A stretch of DNA of 64,000 nt. Origin: Negaprion brevirostris. Its lineage: Eukaryota. The position numbers and the translations under genes were made by a program. The stretch's first letter is position 1; the number at the start of each line of letters is the position of its first letter. Shown here piece by piece: positions 22,816-35,085 of this stretch. Below the pieces are notes generated by a model. The model did no database searches. It saw only the letters and a program-made list of their open reading frames with translations, and had not been told where the DNA came from. Where the stretch lies: contig JARDVH010000099.1 of the NCBI GenBank assembly GCA_030324005.1, positions 44,468,291 to 44,532,290 of the forward strand, written 5' to 3'.

Positions 22816-24058
22816 TTAAATTTTACCACCTCTCTGTACCCAGCAATCAGCATGGCGAGTTAGGAAAATAGTGTGCAAAGCTAAAACTCCGACTCACACC
22901 TGGTACAAATCAGTTTGCAATCTTTTGGCCATTTTTGAATGGCTCAAACAGCTTAAAGCCCAGAAAGAGCCTGAGGTCGACTGGCAAATTTAAGATCGTA
23001 TTTAAATATTCATAGCCCATTCACATTCCAGCACATTCTTTCTCCACAGATGCTACCAGACCTGCTGATTTTTTTGCAGCATTTTCTGTTTTTAATTTCA
23101 GATTTCCAGCATCTGCAGTGTTTTGCTTTTATGTTTTTTTTTACGACAATCAACAATAGTTTCATGGTTACTATTACTGTGACTNNNNNNNNNNNNNNNN
23201 NNNNNNNNNNNNNNNNNNNNNNNNNNNNNNNNNNNNNNNNNNNNNNNNNNNNNNNNNNNNNNNNNNNNNNNNNNNNNNNNNNNNGCATCTGCAGTGTTTT
23301 GCTTTTATGTTTTTTTTACGACAATCAACAATAGTTTCATGGTTACTATTACTGTGACTATTCAGGCCTTCGGGTGCAGCGCCATAATGGTGGAGACTAC
23401 TGGTGTCCACTACTACAGACCTGGCATGATGGTCACACTGGGGATCTTGGGGTCATTGAAGTCCCTTGGATGGTCAAGTGCATGATCTGGCAGTGGTCAT
23501 GCACAGGTGATGCCCGCTGTGCACCTGCAATGCCCACCACACATCCTGGCAGTGGCTACCAGGCACCCCAGCAGCGCAAAATGGGGAGCACTATTGTGCC
23601 AGTTGGGCACCAATAATATGCTTGGAGCAGTGCTGGGGGGTGGGGCCAAGGTGGGGGCCATGACAAGATGGCTCTGTGAAAGGGGCCATGCAGGGATGGA
23701 TCTTGGAGGGAGGGGGCTATGATGGGGAGGCACGCCAAGGCCATAATCGAGGGTACATCAGGGGTCCAACAGGGGCACCCATCAGGAGGGCCTTGATGCT
23801 CTAATGCAGATGACCCCTGTGGGGTTGGGGGAGGAAGCATGCTGCCTATGAGGAAGAGACCCTAATGTGTGTTGAGGGGGGTGGGCTGGAAGGGGGTCTC
23901 CCAATGCACCGTGAGATCAGGGCACCCTTGTGAAACAGCGCCCGAGCTCTCTGCAACTGGATCACCAGCGTGTTGTGGACCTGCTGCCGTCAGTATTGCT
24001 GCACACCACTACGTTGCAAAACAGTGACAGAGCAACTCTCCAAAAAGAAACTCTGGCT
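22816..24058. mobile_element. Old non-autonomous Harbinger-like element carrying an inverted duplication of upstream DNA
   Basis: Starts aaattttacc and has GGCAGTGG-type repeats and G-tracts. 23036-23184 is the reverse complement of 22661-22803. Confidence 0.5.
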
Positions 24059-26794
24059 ATCCAAACATAAGTACAAGGTTAAAAACTGCTCCTACCAGGT
24101 CCTAGCTGCATATATTGGCTTTCAGACACCAACTTCATTAAAATCACACATGAGTGAAGGAAGCTGGTGACTTACATAGGTGTCTCCTTCATGAACCATT
24201 AACGCGCAATTTAGAATCTCACTCCATTCCTATCCTCTATNNNNNNNNNNNNNNNNNNNNNNNNNNNNNNNNNNNNNNNNNNNNNNNNNNNNNNNNNNNN
24301 NNNNNNNNNNNNNNNNNNNNNNNNNNNNNNNNNNNNNNNNNNNNNNNNNNNNNNNNNNNNNNNNNNNNGTGGGTGGGGATTGAATTCAGGCCCGTATCAT
24401 CAAACTTGAAGATAGATCATTGCAACGAACTAAGTGGTTAGTGAAATTGTTTTGCAATTCATTTGTGTGTGTTGTGCTATTTGTTCTTAATGTGAAGCCT
24501 GGAAGCATTTCATGTGGAATGGACCTATTGTCCATTGCTGATTTAGCATACAATGGTTGTGCCTGAAATGTAAACCTAATGTTGTTTAACACTTGCACTT
24601 TGATGTTTTGTACTATGTAAATGAACTTATCCTCCTCACTACATGGTTGTTTTTCATTGTAACTATTTGGTCAATGATACCTGAGAGACAGTTCTGAGCT
24701 CAAATCTGATGCATTAACATGTGATTTTTGGCTGACTGATCTGGGGGTAAAGGTATGTTATAATAGGAGCATTGATTGATTGAGCAAATGCATTTGGAGG
24801 AATTTAATTCAAGTCCACAAAAGCCCAACAAAAGTGGTCAATGTTGTTATCGTACTAATTAGCACAACAGCATGAAATCTTGTGACAGAAAGTATACTCT
24901 TTTAAACCTCCAGTTAAATCACAGAATGAAAAAAAAATGCTCTTTGCTGCAGAATGACCAATTTCAGTACAGCAAATAGTAAAGATGTAAATCAATTTGC
25001 ATGATTCTGAGGGAGATGAGGAAGTAATCTAATTTGACAGAAAACCCAGCTGATGTATTAGCATACTTAGTCTGCAGGAGGAACAGGCACCAATGAAACA
25101 AGGTACAGCAGCTTGACTTGTACTATAAACCGTGCAGAGTTATTCAGTCCTGAGAGGCAAATAACCATAATTAGGCCAGCACCAAACTGATCATGTATTT
25201 GTTCTTCCTCAGCCATAACGACAAAGCAGTTTAATTTTCCATTTCACCATTCTGAGCTAGAAATAAGTAATGCTGTTTTAAAAGCAGTATATTCATGAAT
25301 GCAGTATAGATCTTGTGACAAATCGTTGAAAAATATGAACAAAATATGGTTTGCTCATGATCAGTTTTCACACCAAAGTACTCTTGATAATGAGAACAAG
25401 GCCAATCAATAATATAGCCAATAATATAGTTCATTCTCCAATTAATGAGATAACTTACAGAATTAGATTATGGGTTTGTGATTTTTCAAACACACTGTTC
25501 GTTCAGTCAATTGATTACTAATCTCCTGTTTCATGTGTAATTTACACACACCTTGAAAAGCTGCATAAATAGGACTGAAAGTTTTGGTTGTGAAATTAGA
25601 CTCATTGGTAAATCAAAGTGGCTTGTTGATAAATTTTGTCAGTACTTGATAATATTCTTCTGTTGTGCAATTTAATGAAAATATACCCAAACTTATGTTT
25701 CTTCAAAGTTGGAATCAGTAAATAATTTTGAATTCATGGACATACATAGAGTTAGAAGTTCATTATAGGTGGAAGAGAGTGAGAAGCATGAGGATACCAG
25801 TTAATTTTATGGCAAATATATTGGGTGCTGTACCTTTATGTATCCTGTTCCTATGATAGATGTAGCAATAATTTTGTTCCAAGTATAAAACAGAAGTTTA
25901 TTCATTTGTACTTAGTTTTAAAAACAGAATATCACAGATACGGAAAGGTTTCAAAGATTTCAATTGCCAAATGTTACCCATTGTTTCACTGTCCTGCTGC
26001 AGCTAGTTGTCAATTTAAAAAAAGATTCATGTTATGGTACTCATGAATCAGCCTTAGAATTTGGATAAATATTGAAATGGTAACTCCCCATACAAATAAA
26101 ACAACTTTTGTATGAGATGAATTCAATCTGTACAATTGGCGGGCATGCTATTTTTGTAAAGGGACTAAACATTGCAAATTTCAGCAACAATTAGAATTTC
26201 AGTTGTGATGCTGATATTTTGGGTGGAATATAGTCCAACAGTCAGGATCTTACTCATCATTGGAGAGCTGGCAGGAACCCCTGTCACCTTCTTTAGAGAA
26301 GGCGTGTCACATCAAATGCTAGTCAAAGTTGCAGCAAATCTTTCCTAGGTTCAAGGACCCCAGGAATGGAAATCCAAAATGAGAACAGCAGCTCCTCATC
26401 ACCATGGGTGCCATAGAGATGTATCTGCTGCAAAACACTCATTAGAGCTATGGGTGAGTTGAGGGTGAGATGGGTGTCAAAGATGGAGGTCATTAGCTGG
26501 TGAGAAGGGGCAGACAGCAATGGAAAAAAGGAGAGTGGGGCTTGTCTCTCGAGCAACCTCCTTCCCAGTGCTATGCCCCTTGATCAGTATGGAGCACTTG
26601 ACAACAAAGAAACCCCCGAGCATTGCTTTTCGAGTTGCCCACCTAGTGACTATTTCATCCACTATTAATTGAATAATGGTAGTCGTAGGAGGAGGCCCTT
26701 AAATGGGCATTAATTGTTCACTTAAAAGCCTTAATTGGCATCAGGGTGGTGTGGGGGGATCAGCATTTGCCCCATAGCTGTTGAATCTATCGCA

Positions 26795-27079
26795 GGCAGT
26801 ATGCATGCATATAGTGGTGGTTAGCACTGCTCACAGTGCCAGGGACCCGAGTTCAATTCCTGACTTGGGTCACTGTCTGTGCGGAGTCTGCATGTTTTCA
26901 CCATGTCTGTGTGGGTTTCCTCTGAATGCTCAAGTTTCCTTTCACAGTCCGAAAGACATGCCTGTTTGGTGCATTGGCATGCTAAGTTGTCCCTCAATGT
27001 AAACAAGCAGGTGCCAGAGGGAGGTGACTAGTGGATTTTCACAGTGACTTCATTGCAGTGTTAACGTAAACCTACTTGT
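26795..27079 (+). mobile_element. V-SINE with the alternative tail
   Basis: gtggttagcactgctcacagtgccagggacccgagttcaattcc head, V core, ttttcacagtgacttcattgcagtgttaacgtaaacctacttgt tail. Confidence 0.9.
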
Positions 27080-27085
27080 TAAGTT

Positions 27086-27386
27086 AAAGTTTATTCATTC
27101 AACACAAGTAAGGCTTGCATTAACACTACAATAAAGTTACTGTGAAATTCCCCTAGTCGCCACACTCCAGCGCCTGTTCGGGTACACTGAGGGAGAATTT
27201 AGCATCGCCAATGCACCCAACCAGCATGTCTTTCAGATTATGGGGGGAAACCGGAGCACCCAGCGGAAACTCACACAGACACGGGGAGAATGTGCAAACT
27301 CCACACAGACAGTGACCCAAGCCGGGAATCGAACCCGGACCCCCACTAGGGCAACAGTGCTAACCACTGTGCCACCGTGCTGCCCC
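27086..27386 (-). mobile_element. V-SINE with the alternative tail, a younger copy, tail-to-tail with the previous one
   Basis: Reverse: GGGGCAGCACGGTGGCACAGTGGTTAGCACTG..GGTTCGATTCCCGGC with intact A/B boxes. Confidence 0.92.
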
Positions 27387-27956
27387 GCATATGACAATAA
27401 TAAATTAACTTTAAAAAAGACATGGGGTGCTTGCAAAGGTAGATTGGTGACTTTGATCTCTGTGTCTGAATTGCATGCTGTCAGTAGATGGAGCTAACGG
27501 CAAGTGGTCAAATAATCCAGATAATAAATCAGTTTGGAAATGGGAATTGAGTAGCAAGGAGATAGATATTCCAGGCCTTTGGACCTGCAACAGGCATCAG
27601 CTTAAATCTACAGATCGGCGCGCGGGCACGGGACGGGGAGAAGTCAAACCTTCTCGAGCTCCACCTGTTTCTCCGTCAATCGCTCCACGGATTTCCAAAG
27701 GGGAATTTTTCAACGGGATCCGGCGAAGGGAGGCCGGTGATGTGAAAGAGAGGAAGCAGATTTCACTGTACCCCTTNNNNNNNNNNNNNNNNNNNNNNNN
27801 NNNNNNNNNNNNNNNNNNNNNNNNNNNNNNNNNNNNNNNNNNNNNNNNNNNNNNNNNNNNNNNNNNNNNNNNNNNNNNNNNNNNNNNNNNNNNNNNNNNN
27901 NNNNNNNNNNNNNNNNNNNNNNNNNNNNNNNNNNNNNNNNNNNNNNNNNNNNNNNA

Positions 27957-28221
27957 CTTTCTTCCGTTCGGAAAAAGATACAAAAGTCTGAGATCACGCA
28001 CCAGCCGGCTCAAGAACAGCTTCTTCCCTGCTGCCGTCAGACTTTTGAAAGGACTGATCTTGCATTAAGTTGATTTTTCTCTACACCCTAGCTATGACTG
28101 TAACTCTACATTCTGCACTCTCTCGTTTCCTTCTCTATGAACGGTATGGTTTGTCTGCAGAGCGCGCAAGAAACAATGCTTTTCACTGTATGTTAATACG
28201 TGTGATAATAAATCAAATCAA
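27957..28221 (+). mobile_element. Rex1/Babar LINE 3' end
   Basis: LPFGKRYKSLRSRTSRLKNSFFPAAVRLL is the Rex1 C-terminal motif. The 3' UTR ends aataaatcaaatcaa. Confidence 0.85.
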
Positions 28222-31200
28222 GAGGTAAAAATTGGGTTGTCAGTTGTGATAAAACAGATTCCTGGAGGTTTCATCACAACTTTTTTGAACCCCATCTGAC
28301 TTTGTGGCCAAAAGGTTTATACATATGTTGTCAATCATTATAGCATTGCCCCCATGCTGCGGCCATTTGTCAGCCAACACAACCATTCTTGTGATGTACT
28401 ACCTTCCTATGCTACTTGTGAAGCAAAAAAGATTAATTGCCCAATTGGATGATGCGTCATTGTCAGCAAAACAGCCTTTTTCTTCCCCATTTGAAATATT
28501 TACATAACTGGTGGAGAAATTTAAAGAAAATGGCAGTGATTTTTCTCCAGGATTGCACGTAGCTCTATCCTGGAGATTGATCATCAGTTCATGGAGGGTC
28601 CAGGCCAATCTTGGACATTTGGCAATACTACCTCCAAAATTGTCAGAGGCTAGCATGAGTTGGAGCTTGCCTGCACTATGCAAATTCACCCAGTTCCTCA
28701 TAAGAAGTAATGCATTGTGGCTGATGCAAGTGCTAGAAGCCATTATTTAACTTATTCTGACCCGGGACAGACATGATAATGGCACAAGATTGCAGACAGC
28801 AAGGGAGAGGGATATAATTTATCTAGAGGGCACCAGGAGAGTCATCCAACCCCTCTCCACTGCCCCCCCCCCCAAACATGCATACATACGCACATGTATG
28901 CACACACATGCATGGGCATATACTTGATAGAGTATAGGGCGTTGCAAAAGATTCACGCATGTTGTCAAGGACAGTGTATGTACCTTCAAATGTCATATCC
29001 CACCAATTGCACTCAGAGCCTCACACATATTGCTCAATGCACCATGCCTCCATCATTCACCTATTATCGTGACTCAAACATTCACATTGCTTATATCCGT
29101 ATCACCTCAAACATTAAGAACTTATGTATGCCTCTTACCCATATCTCACAGCTTGCACAGACTACCAATTAGTCTACCGTGACAGTCACAGACCCCAATT
29201 ACATTGTATCAAACACATTATCATACTTCTTTCTCACTTGTAGGACAAGGTGGGGCATAACTAGCGGGAAAAAACATCTAATTCATGGGAGACAGACAAG
29301 GCTGCACATTCTTTTCTGTTGGAGGAGACTTGGGTCATAATTGTTGGAATGATTATAGTTGAGGCTGTGGTCAGTGGTGGGACTGTGACATCCTCATACG
29401 TAATCCTGTTACTCTCTTTCCATTGTCCCGACATAGAATCTTTCTGATTTCCAAACTGCAGATAGTGTAAGCATAGAACTCTAACCTACTCCTCATGTCA
29501 GCCCTATCCTTGCACCTTCTTGCTTTTAGATATCCAAGAACTGAAACTTGGCCAGGCAGTAGGAAGAGGAAAATCTAGAGAAATAGGAGACAGTGACACA
29601 GAAGGAAAATACAGTCACTTGCTCTCATTCACAGCCACCCATTCAAATGATGACTCTGCACATACTTTAGAGAAAAGCCAATGGGTGGAATCTGCATGTG
29701 ATGAGATATGGGACATGAATGGCCCACAACTCTTGCAGGATGCAAGGGTAACACGAGTGCTGCTTGCTAGAGCAAAATCACACTTAAAGTGGTTGTGTTG
29801 AGGATACACTCAGATGAGGACTTCCATAGAGGAAGCAATGAAAACTAATGGATGTGCAAAAATAAAAGCTCTTAGTGTATTGGNNNNNNNNNNTTGGCAG
29901 GCCAGAAAGCCTGTGTACAATACCAAGGAACGTGGACAAGACTGGCAGCAACTTAAGAAAGGCCTTTGAGCAGAGCTTGGAACTGACCTTTTCGGTGTGG
30001 AGGTGGTAGCCAATTCTATTAGCATACAGTCTGGTGATTTGGCTGCTGCACGGAAGTCTGAAGTTATGCAAGGTCAGCTTTCTGTCACAAAAGCTCAGAA
30101 TAATGCCACCATAGCTTGCAGATATCAGTGTTCAAAATGAGTTATCAAGGTATCACAGTAGTCCAGCAATTTGTTTTTTAATAGATTACCAGAATTTTGC
30201 TGAAGCATTGACCTGGAAAAGTGGCAGTGAGTCTGAGTCTGTTGTCATCCCTCATGTTGGATGCTTTTGTCCTTCCACTCATAGAAATCAAATCGTAGAA
30301 ACCCTACAGTGCAGAAAGAGGCCATTTGGCCCATCAAGTCTACAGCGACAACAATCCCAGCCCATACCCTATCCCCACAACACCACACATTTACCTCACT
30401 AATCCCTCTAACCTACACATTCTAGGATACTAGGAGGCAATTTAGCATGACTAATCAACCTATCCCGCACATCTTTGGATCATGGGAGGATACCCACACA
30501 GACAGGGGGAGAACGTGCAAACTCCACACAGATGGTGACCCAAGCCAGGAATCCCAAGAGCTGCGAGGCAGCAGTGCTAACCATTGTACCTCCGTGCTGC
30601 CCAGTGCCACTCACCCAGTGCCCTTTCTGCTGCCTGTCAGCCAGCATGACCAGATGGCATTCCAGGACCAGTGTTGCTCAAGGCCTCCTGCATTGCCCTC
30701 AATGTAAGTCAGTAACCTTCTACCAGTCACAAGGCAGCTGCTGAGATAGCACTGCATTGGGACACTAGACCAATCAAAGGCACATGGAAGGCAGGCATGA
30801 ATGGAATGGAAAGGCTTGTGGGTTGACATTTAGATGAAATATTGGTTTGTTTGATTTGTGTATTTGATTTGGAATGTGTATTTCCTGAAGGTCTTAGTGA
30901 TCATAATGAGGGGATTGTATGGTTTTGGGCTGCTTGTAAATTGAAAATAGTATTTGTATTTATCAGTATTACAGTTGAATGAATTAGTCACAGACTGGCC
31001 AGAATGGGTTGTGTATGGATTTTCAGAACTGCATGTTGTTACAATATTATTTGGATGATGAAGGTAAAGCCAAGTGTGGAGAATAATACCTCAAAACCTT
31101 CCGGCTTGCAGGCAGCATTGGAAGGAATTAATGGGGAGTAAGTTTAAGTATGGGAAGTGTGCATGATAACATGATGCTAATGAGGGTGCACATCACTCTT

Positions 31201-31263
31201 TACCCGAAGATGATGGTGAGCCTCTAGTAAAAATGTTGAATATTGTTGTTGAAAATCCAAACC
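28222..31263 (+). mobile_element. Decayed PIF/Harbinger transposon (Myb/SANT partner gene on +, likely nuclease 3' remnant on -)
   Basis: Spliced Myb-like exon remnants: ctcacttgtag|DKVGHN*RE..LHIL..EET..IVG..EAVVSGG (29244-29385) and ttgcttttag|IQELKLGQAV..(from about 29530). Boundaries are approximate. Confidence 0.65.
30280..30602 (-). mobile_element. HE1 SINE (CR1/HER1 tail) nested in the Harbinger element
   Basis: tacagtgcagaaagaggccatttggcccatc tail, gtgcaaactccacacag core, gcagcagtgctaaccattgtacctccgtgctgccc head. Confidence 0.9.
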
Positions 31264-31599
31264 ATTCACTCATCTGCTACTCAAGTCCCAGACAATATTG
31301 TTAACACCAGCTGCCCTTTGAAATGACTTGGCAAACTATACTGATGTCGAAAAAAACGACTCTTCCAGAAAGTTCACCACCTTCTGAAGACTTATTACTT
31401 AAAAGCCCACTCTATTCTTCCTTCCATTCACTCCTTTATAACCATAGCACCAAATACTATCTATCCATTTTGCTCCTGCTATCCCAGTCTGAAATGCAGC
31501 CTTTCCTTCCCTCTACACTTTCCATTTCTCTGATGGTCTCCTTGCATCTAGTCATTGTCCTCCTACCCAGCACATGCAGTGAGCAATTGCAAAAAGATG

Positions 31600-32095
31600 T
31601 CATGATTCACACCTTCATTGAGTCAGCCAATTTCTATCTTTGTAACCTTACCCATCTCTGCACTTGCTTGAGATCTTTTGCAGCTGAAGCCCGTGCCTTT
31701 ATTATCTCTGGCTTCAATTATTCCAATACACTTCTGGCTAGCCTCCCACCCTCCATAAATTGAATGAATCCAAAGTTTGCTTCTGTTGTCCTAAGTTGTA
31801 TCAAGTCCCACTCAGTCATTTACATTTGCTTGCTGATCTACAGTGGTTCCCAGTTAAACAACACCTTAATATTAAAAAGTTAATCCTTCCACCAAATCCC
31901 AAAATGGTCTTGGTACCTCCCCATCTCTGTAAACTCCACCAGCCCAATAACTGCAACAACAACCATCTCCAGTATACCAGTCTCCTGCTCCTCCCCCTCC
32001 CCACCCCTGCCTCCGGCTTCAGATCTCTTCTGGTCAGTTAAACATTTCTGATTTTAATCACTTCACCATTGAAGCCATGATTTTATCAGTCCAGG
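31600..32095 (+). mobile_element. L2 LINE ORF2 C-terminal fragment
   Basis: SANFYLCNLTHL..AAEARAFIISGFNYSNTLLASLP and LADLQWFPVKQ..PPHLCKLHQP resemble L2 motifs (RLDYSNALLAGLP, LADLHWLPV). Confidence 0.85.
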
Positions 32096-32239
32096 CAAAG
32101 TGTGACATAAATAGAGTTTATTTTTGTTAGTTCAAGCAGCATAAATGTTAAAGAACTTTAAACCACTTTTATCAATACTATTTATTTTCTCCCTGAAGAC
32201 TCCACTCCAAACATTCTTATAGCAGGAACTCTCAAGATC

Positions 32240-32730
32240 AACAGCATTTTGTATTTTACATTGCATCTTTAATACACCAAAATATTCCAAGGTGCTTTGC
32301 AGGACCATTAACAAACAGAATTTAACACCAAGCTACATAAAGACATTATTGGGGCACATGATCAAAAGCTTGGTTAAAGTGTTCAATTTTTAAAGAGTCC
32401 CTTATATGAGGAAAGAGGGACAGAGAGACGGAAATGTTTTGGGACGAAATTTCAGAGCCTTCAAGTGTTGAAGCTGAAGGCATAGCTGTGACTGGTGAAG
32501 TGATGGAAATGAAGAATGCTTAAGAAACCAGAACTCTCGGGGTTTAGGATTCAAGGAAGCTGTAGAATGGAAATTTGAAAATAAAATAAGAACTTTGGAA
32601 TTGATGTTGTGTTTAAGTGAGAGCCAGTCTAGGTTAGCGAGCCCAATGGTGCTGGATGAATAGTATTTGATGTGAATTAAGACATGGCAGCAGAGTTTTG
32701 GATGACTTCAAGTTTATATAGCTGGTATTG
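32240..32730 (-). mobile_element. L2 LINE 3' end
   Basis: The reverse GCAAAGCACCTTGGAATATTT..TTAAAGATGCAATGTAAAATACAA is an L2-type tail, followed by degenerate ORF2. Confidence 0.7.
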
Positions 32731-33289
32731 TTCAAAAAGTGGTTGTGTCTTCCTTAGCTTCGACTCTCCTGTCCTCAACACAAGACCTCAGAAACCCACC
32801 ACATTGCTCCCTTCTCACCCAGCATGAATTGAAAAGTCAGTGGAGAACGGCACGCCTACATTTCTGTGTAACTGGATTACAATGTGACTGTGGTTGAGAT
32901 GGCCCATAATTGTGGAACCTCAACGAAAAAGTACTGCTAGCATTCTCAAACAAATTTTAAATAACATAATTGTACTATGGTTTATAAACAATCAGTAGAC
33001 TTGCCAATGTATTGAATGCTATTACATAAAACAATTGATACACCAAATCACCATTAATGACTTTGTACTGCCAGTACCATTGTTAAAAAGTTACCAGTGG
33101 AATCATTATTTGGCATAGAGATAACCTTATGTAACACATTGATTACTACTTTTTAATGCAATTCAAAAGAAATTGGGGGAAAAAAACTCACCAGAGATGA
33201 AGTGAAAATTAATCTACGCAGTGAAATGAATGACATTTTTTGCATTATTTTGCAAGACCTTATTATCAGTCATATATAATTTGTCATGT

Positions 33290-33422
33290 TTAGATTGTGA
33301 GGAAGGGTGTCATAGTTTGCAGGGAGACTTAGACAGGTTGCAGATCTGGGCCGCGAGGTGGCGGATGGAGTTTAATGTGGAGAAGTGTGAGGTAATTCAT
33401 TTTGGTAGGAATAACAGATGTG
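33290..33422 (+). mobile_element. CR1 LINE RT fragment running into a gap
   Basis: SLQGDLDRLQIWAARWRMEFNVEKCEVIHFGRNN. Confidence 0.92.
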
Positions 33423-34003
33423 NNNNNNNNNNNNNNNNNNNNNNNNNNNNNNNNNNNNNNNNNNNNNNNNNNNNNNNNNNNNNNNNNNNNNNNNNNNNNN
33501 NNNNNNNNNNNNNNNNNNNNNNCACACAATTAAGCTAAATTACAGCAGGATTTTACAATGAGGGGACAATCCACTCCGCCACATTATTGACCTTACAATG
33601 AAGGCAAAAATTCACGCACTGTTTGTAAACCTAGCATGGTTCTTATAAATTCATTAGTTGTTGTCTCATCAGCTTGTCAGTCAGTGGACCGAACTAAATT
33701 AAAATCTAATAGAAATCTTCAGCTTGACTAGGATAATGAAAATAACTGAAGTGGTAGGGGTAAATGTGTTTTCAGTTCCTCGACAGGAAAGTTCCTGGAA
33801 GCTCAGAAATGCTAAGAGAAGGCAAGATTTTTCATTCCTATGTGGGTTGCTTTGCAGTGTAGTAAGTCAGCAGGAGACTGCAGTAGCAAGCTGCCATTGA
33901 ATACAAGGAGCAGGTAGCCAATTCAATCATGTCAACTTTCCACTGAATGATTAGGTTAAATTGTCTTTATCCTATTTCTAGACTATGCAAGTCTGTTGCT
34001 TAC

Positions 34004-35085
34004 TTTTTATTCATTCATGGGAGATGGGCGCTGCTGGCTGGCCAGCATTTATTGCTCATCCATCGTTGCCCCTGAGAAGGTGGTGGTGAGCTACCTTCTT
34101 GAAACACTGCGGTACTTGTGCTTTAGGTTGACCCACAATGCCTTTAGGGAGGGAATTCCTGGATTTTGACCCAGCAACTGAGAGGGAACAGTGATATATT
34201 TCTGAATCATGATGGTGAGTTGTTTGGAGAGGAATTTGCAGGTAGTGGTGTTCCCATGTATCTGTTGTCCTTATCCTTCAAAGTGGAAGTGGTTGTGGGT
34301 TTGGAAGGTGCTGTTTAAGGATCTTTGATGAATTTCTGCGGTGCTTCTTGTAGAAAGCACACATTGCTGCTACTGAGCGTGGGTGGTGGAGAGAGTTGGA
34401 TGTTTGTGGATGTGGTGCCAATCAAGCAGGCTGCTTTGTTCTGTATGGTGTCTTGAGTATTGTTGGATCTGCACACATTCAGGCAGGTGGGGAGTATTCC
34501 ATTACACTCCTGATTTGTGCCTTGTAGATGGTAAACAGGCTTAGAGGAGTCAGGAGGTGAGTTACTCGCTGCAGTATTCTAAAATTCAGACCTGCTCTTG
34601 TAGCCACTGTGTTTATGCGGTGAGTCCAGTTGAATTTCTAATGAATGGTAACCCCAAGGAAGATGAAGTAGGGGTTTATGTGCTGATAACACCATTGAAA
34701 GTCAATGCACCATGGTTAGATTCTCTTTTATTGGTGATGATCATTGCCTGGCATTTGTGTGGCACGAATATTACTTGCCACTTATCAGCTCAAGCCTGGA
34801 TATTGTCCAGATCCTGTTGCATTCAAACTGTTTGTGGACTGCTTCAGTGTCTGAGGGGTTGCAAATAGTGCTGAACATTGTACAATCATTAACGAACATC
34901 TCCACTTCTGACCTTATGATGGAGAGAAGATTGAATGCTGCCTTAATGTCAAGGCTCTCATTCTCACCTCACCTCTGCAATTCAGCTCTTTTGTCCATGT
35001 TTGAACCAAGGCTGTAATAAAGTCAGGAGCTGAGTTACCCTGGTGACACCCAAACTGGGTGTTGCTGAGCAGATTGTTGCTTGTG
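34004..35085 (-). mobile_element. CR1/L2-group LINE 3' region (about 1.1 kb), partner of the SINE at 49110
   Basis: The reverse strand encodes TIYKAQIRSVMEYSP..IQNKAACLIG-type C-terminal motifs. The tail is CAATAAATGCTGGCCAGCCAGC..CCCATGAATGAATAAAAA. Confidence 0.85.

Noticed and set aside
23285-23359. Third copy of the SINE/Penelope junction after the gap
   Set aside because: It is essentially identical to 23110-23184 apart from homopolymer length and flanks a 100-N gap, so it is probably contig-overlap redundancy.
27300-27386. tRNA-like A/B boxes
   Set aside because: These are SINE heads, not tRNA genes; there is no complete cloverleaf.
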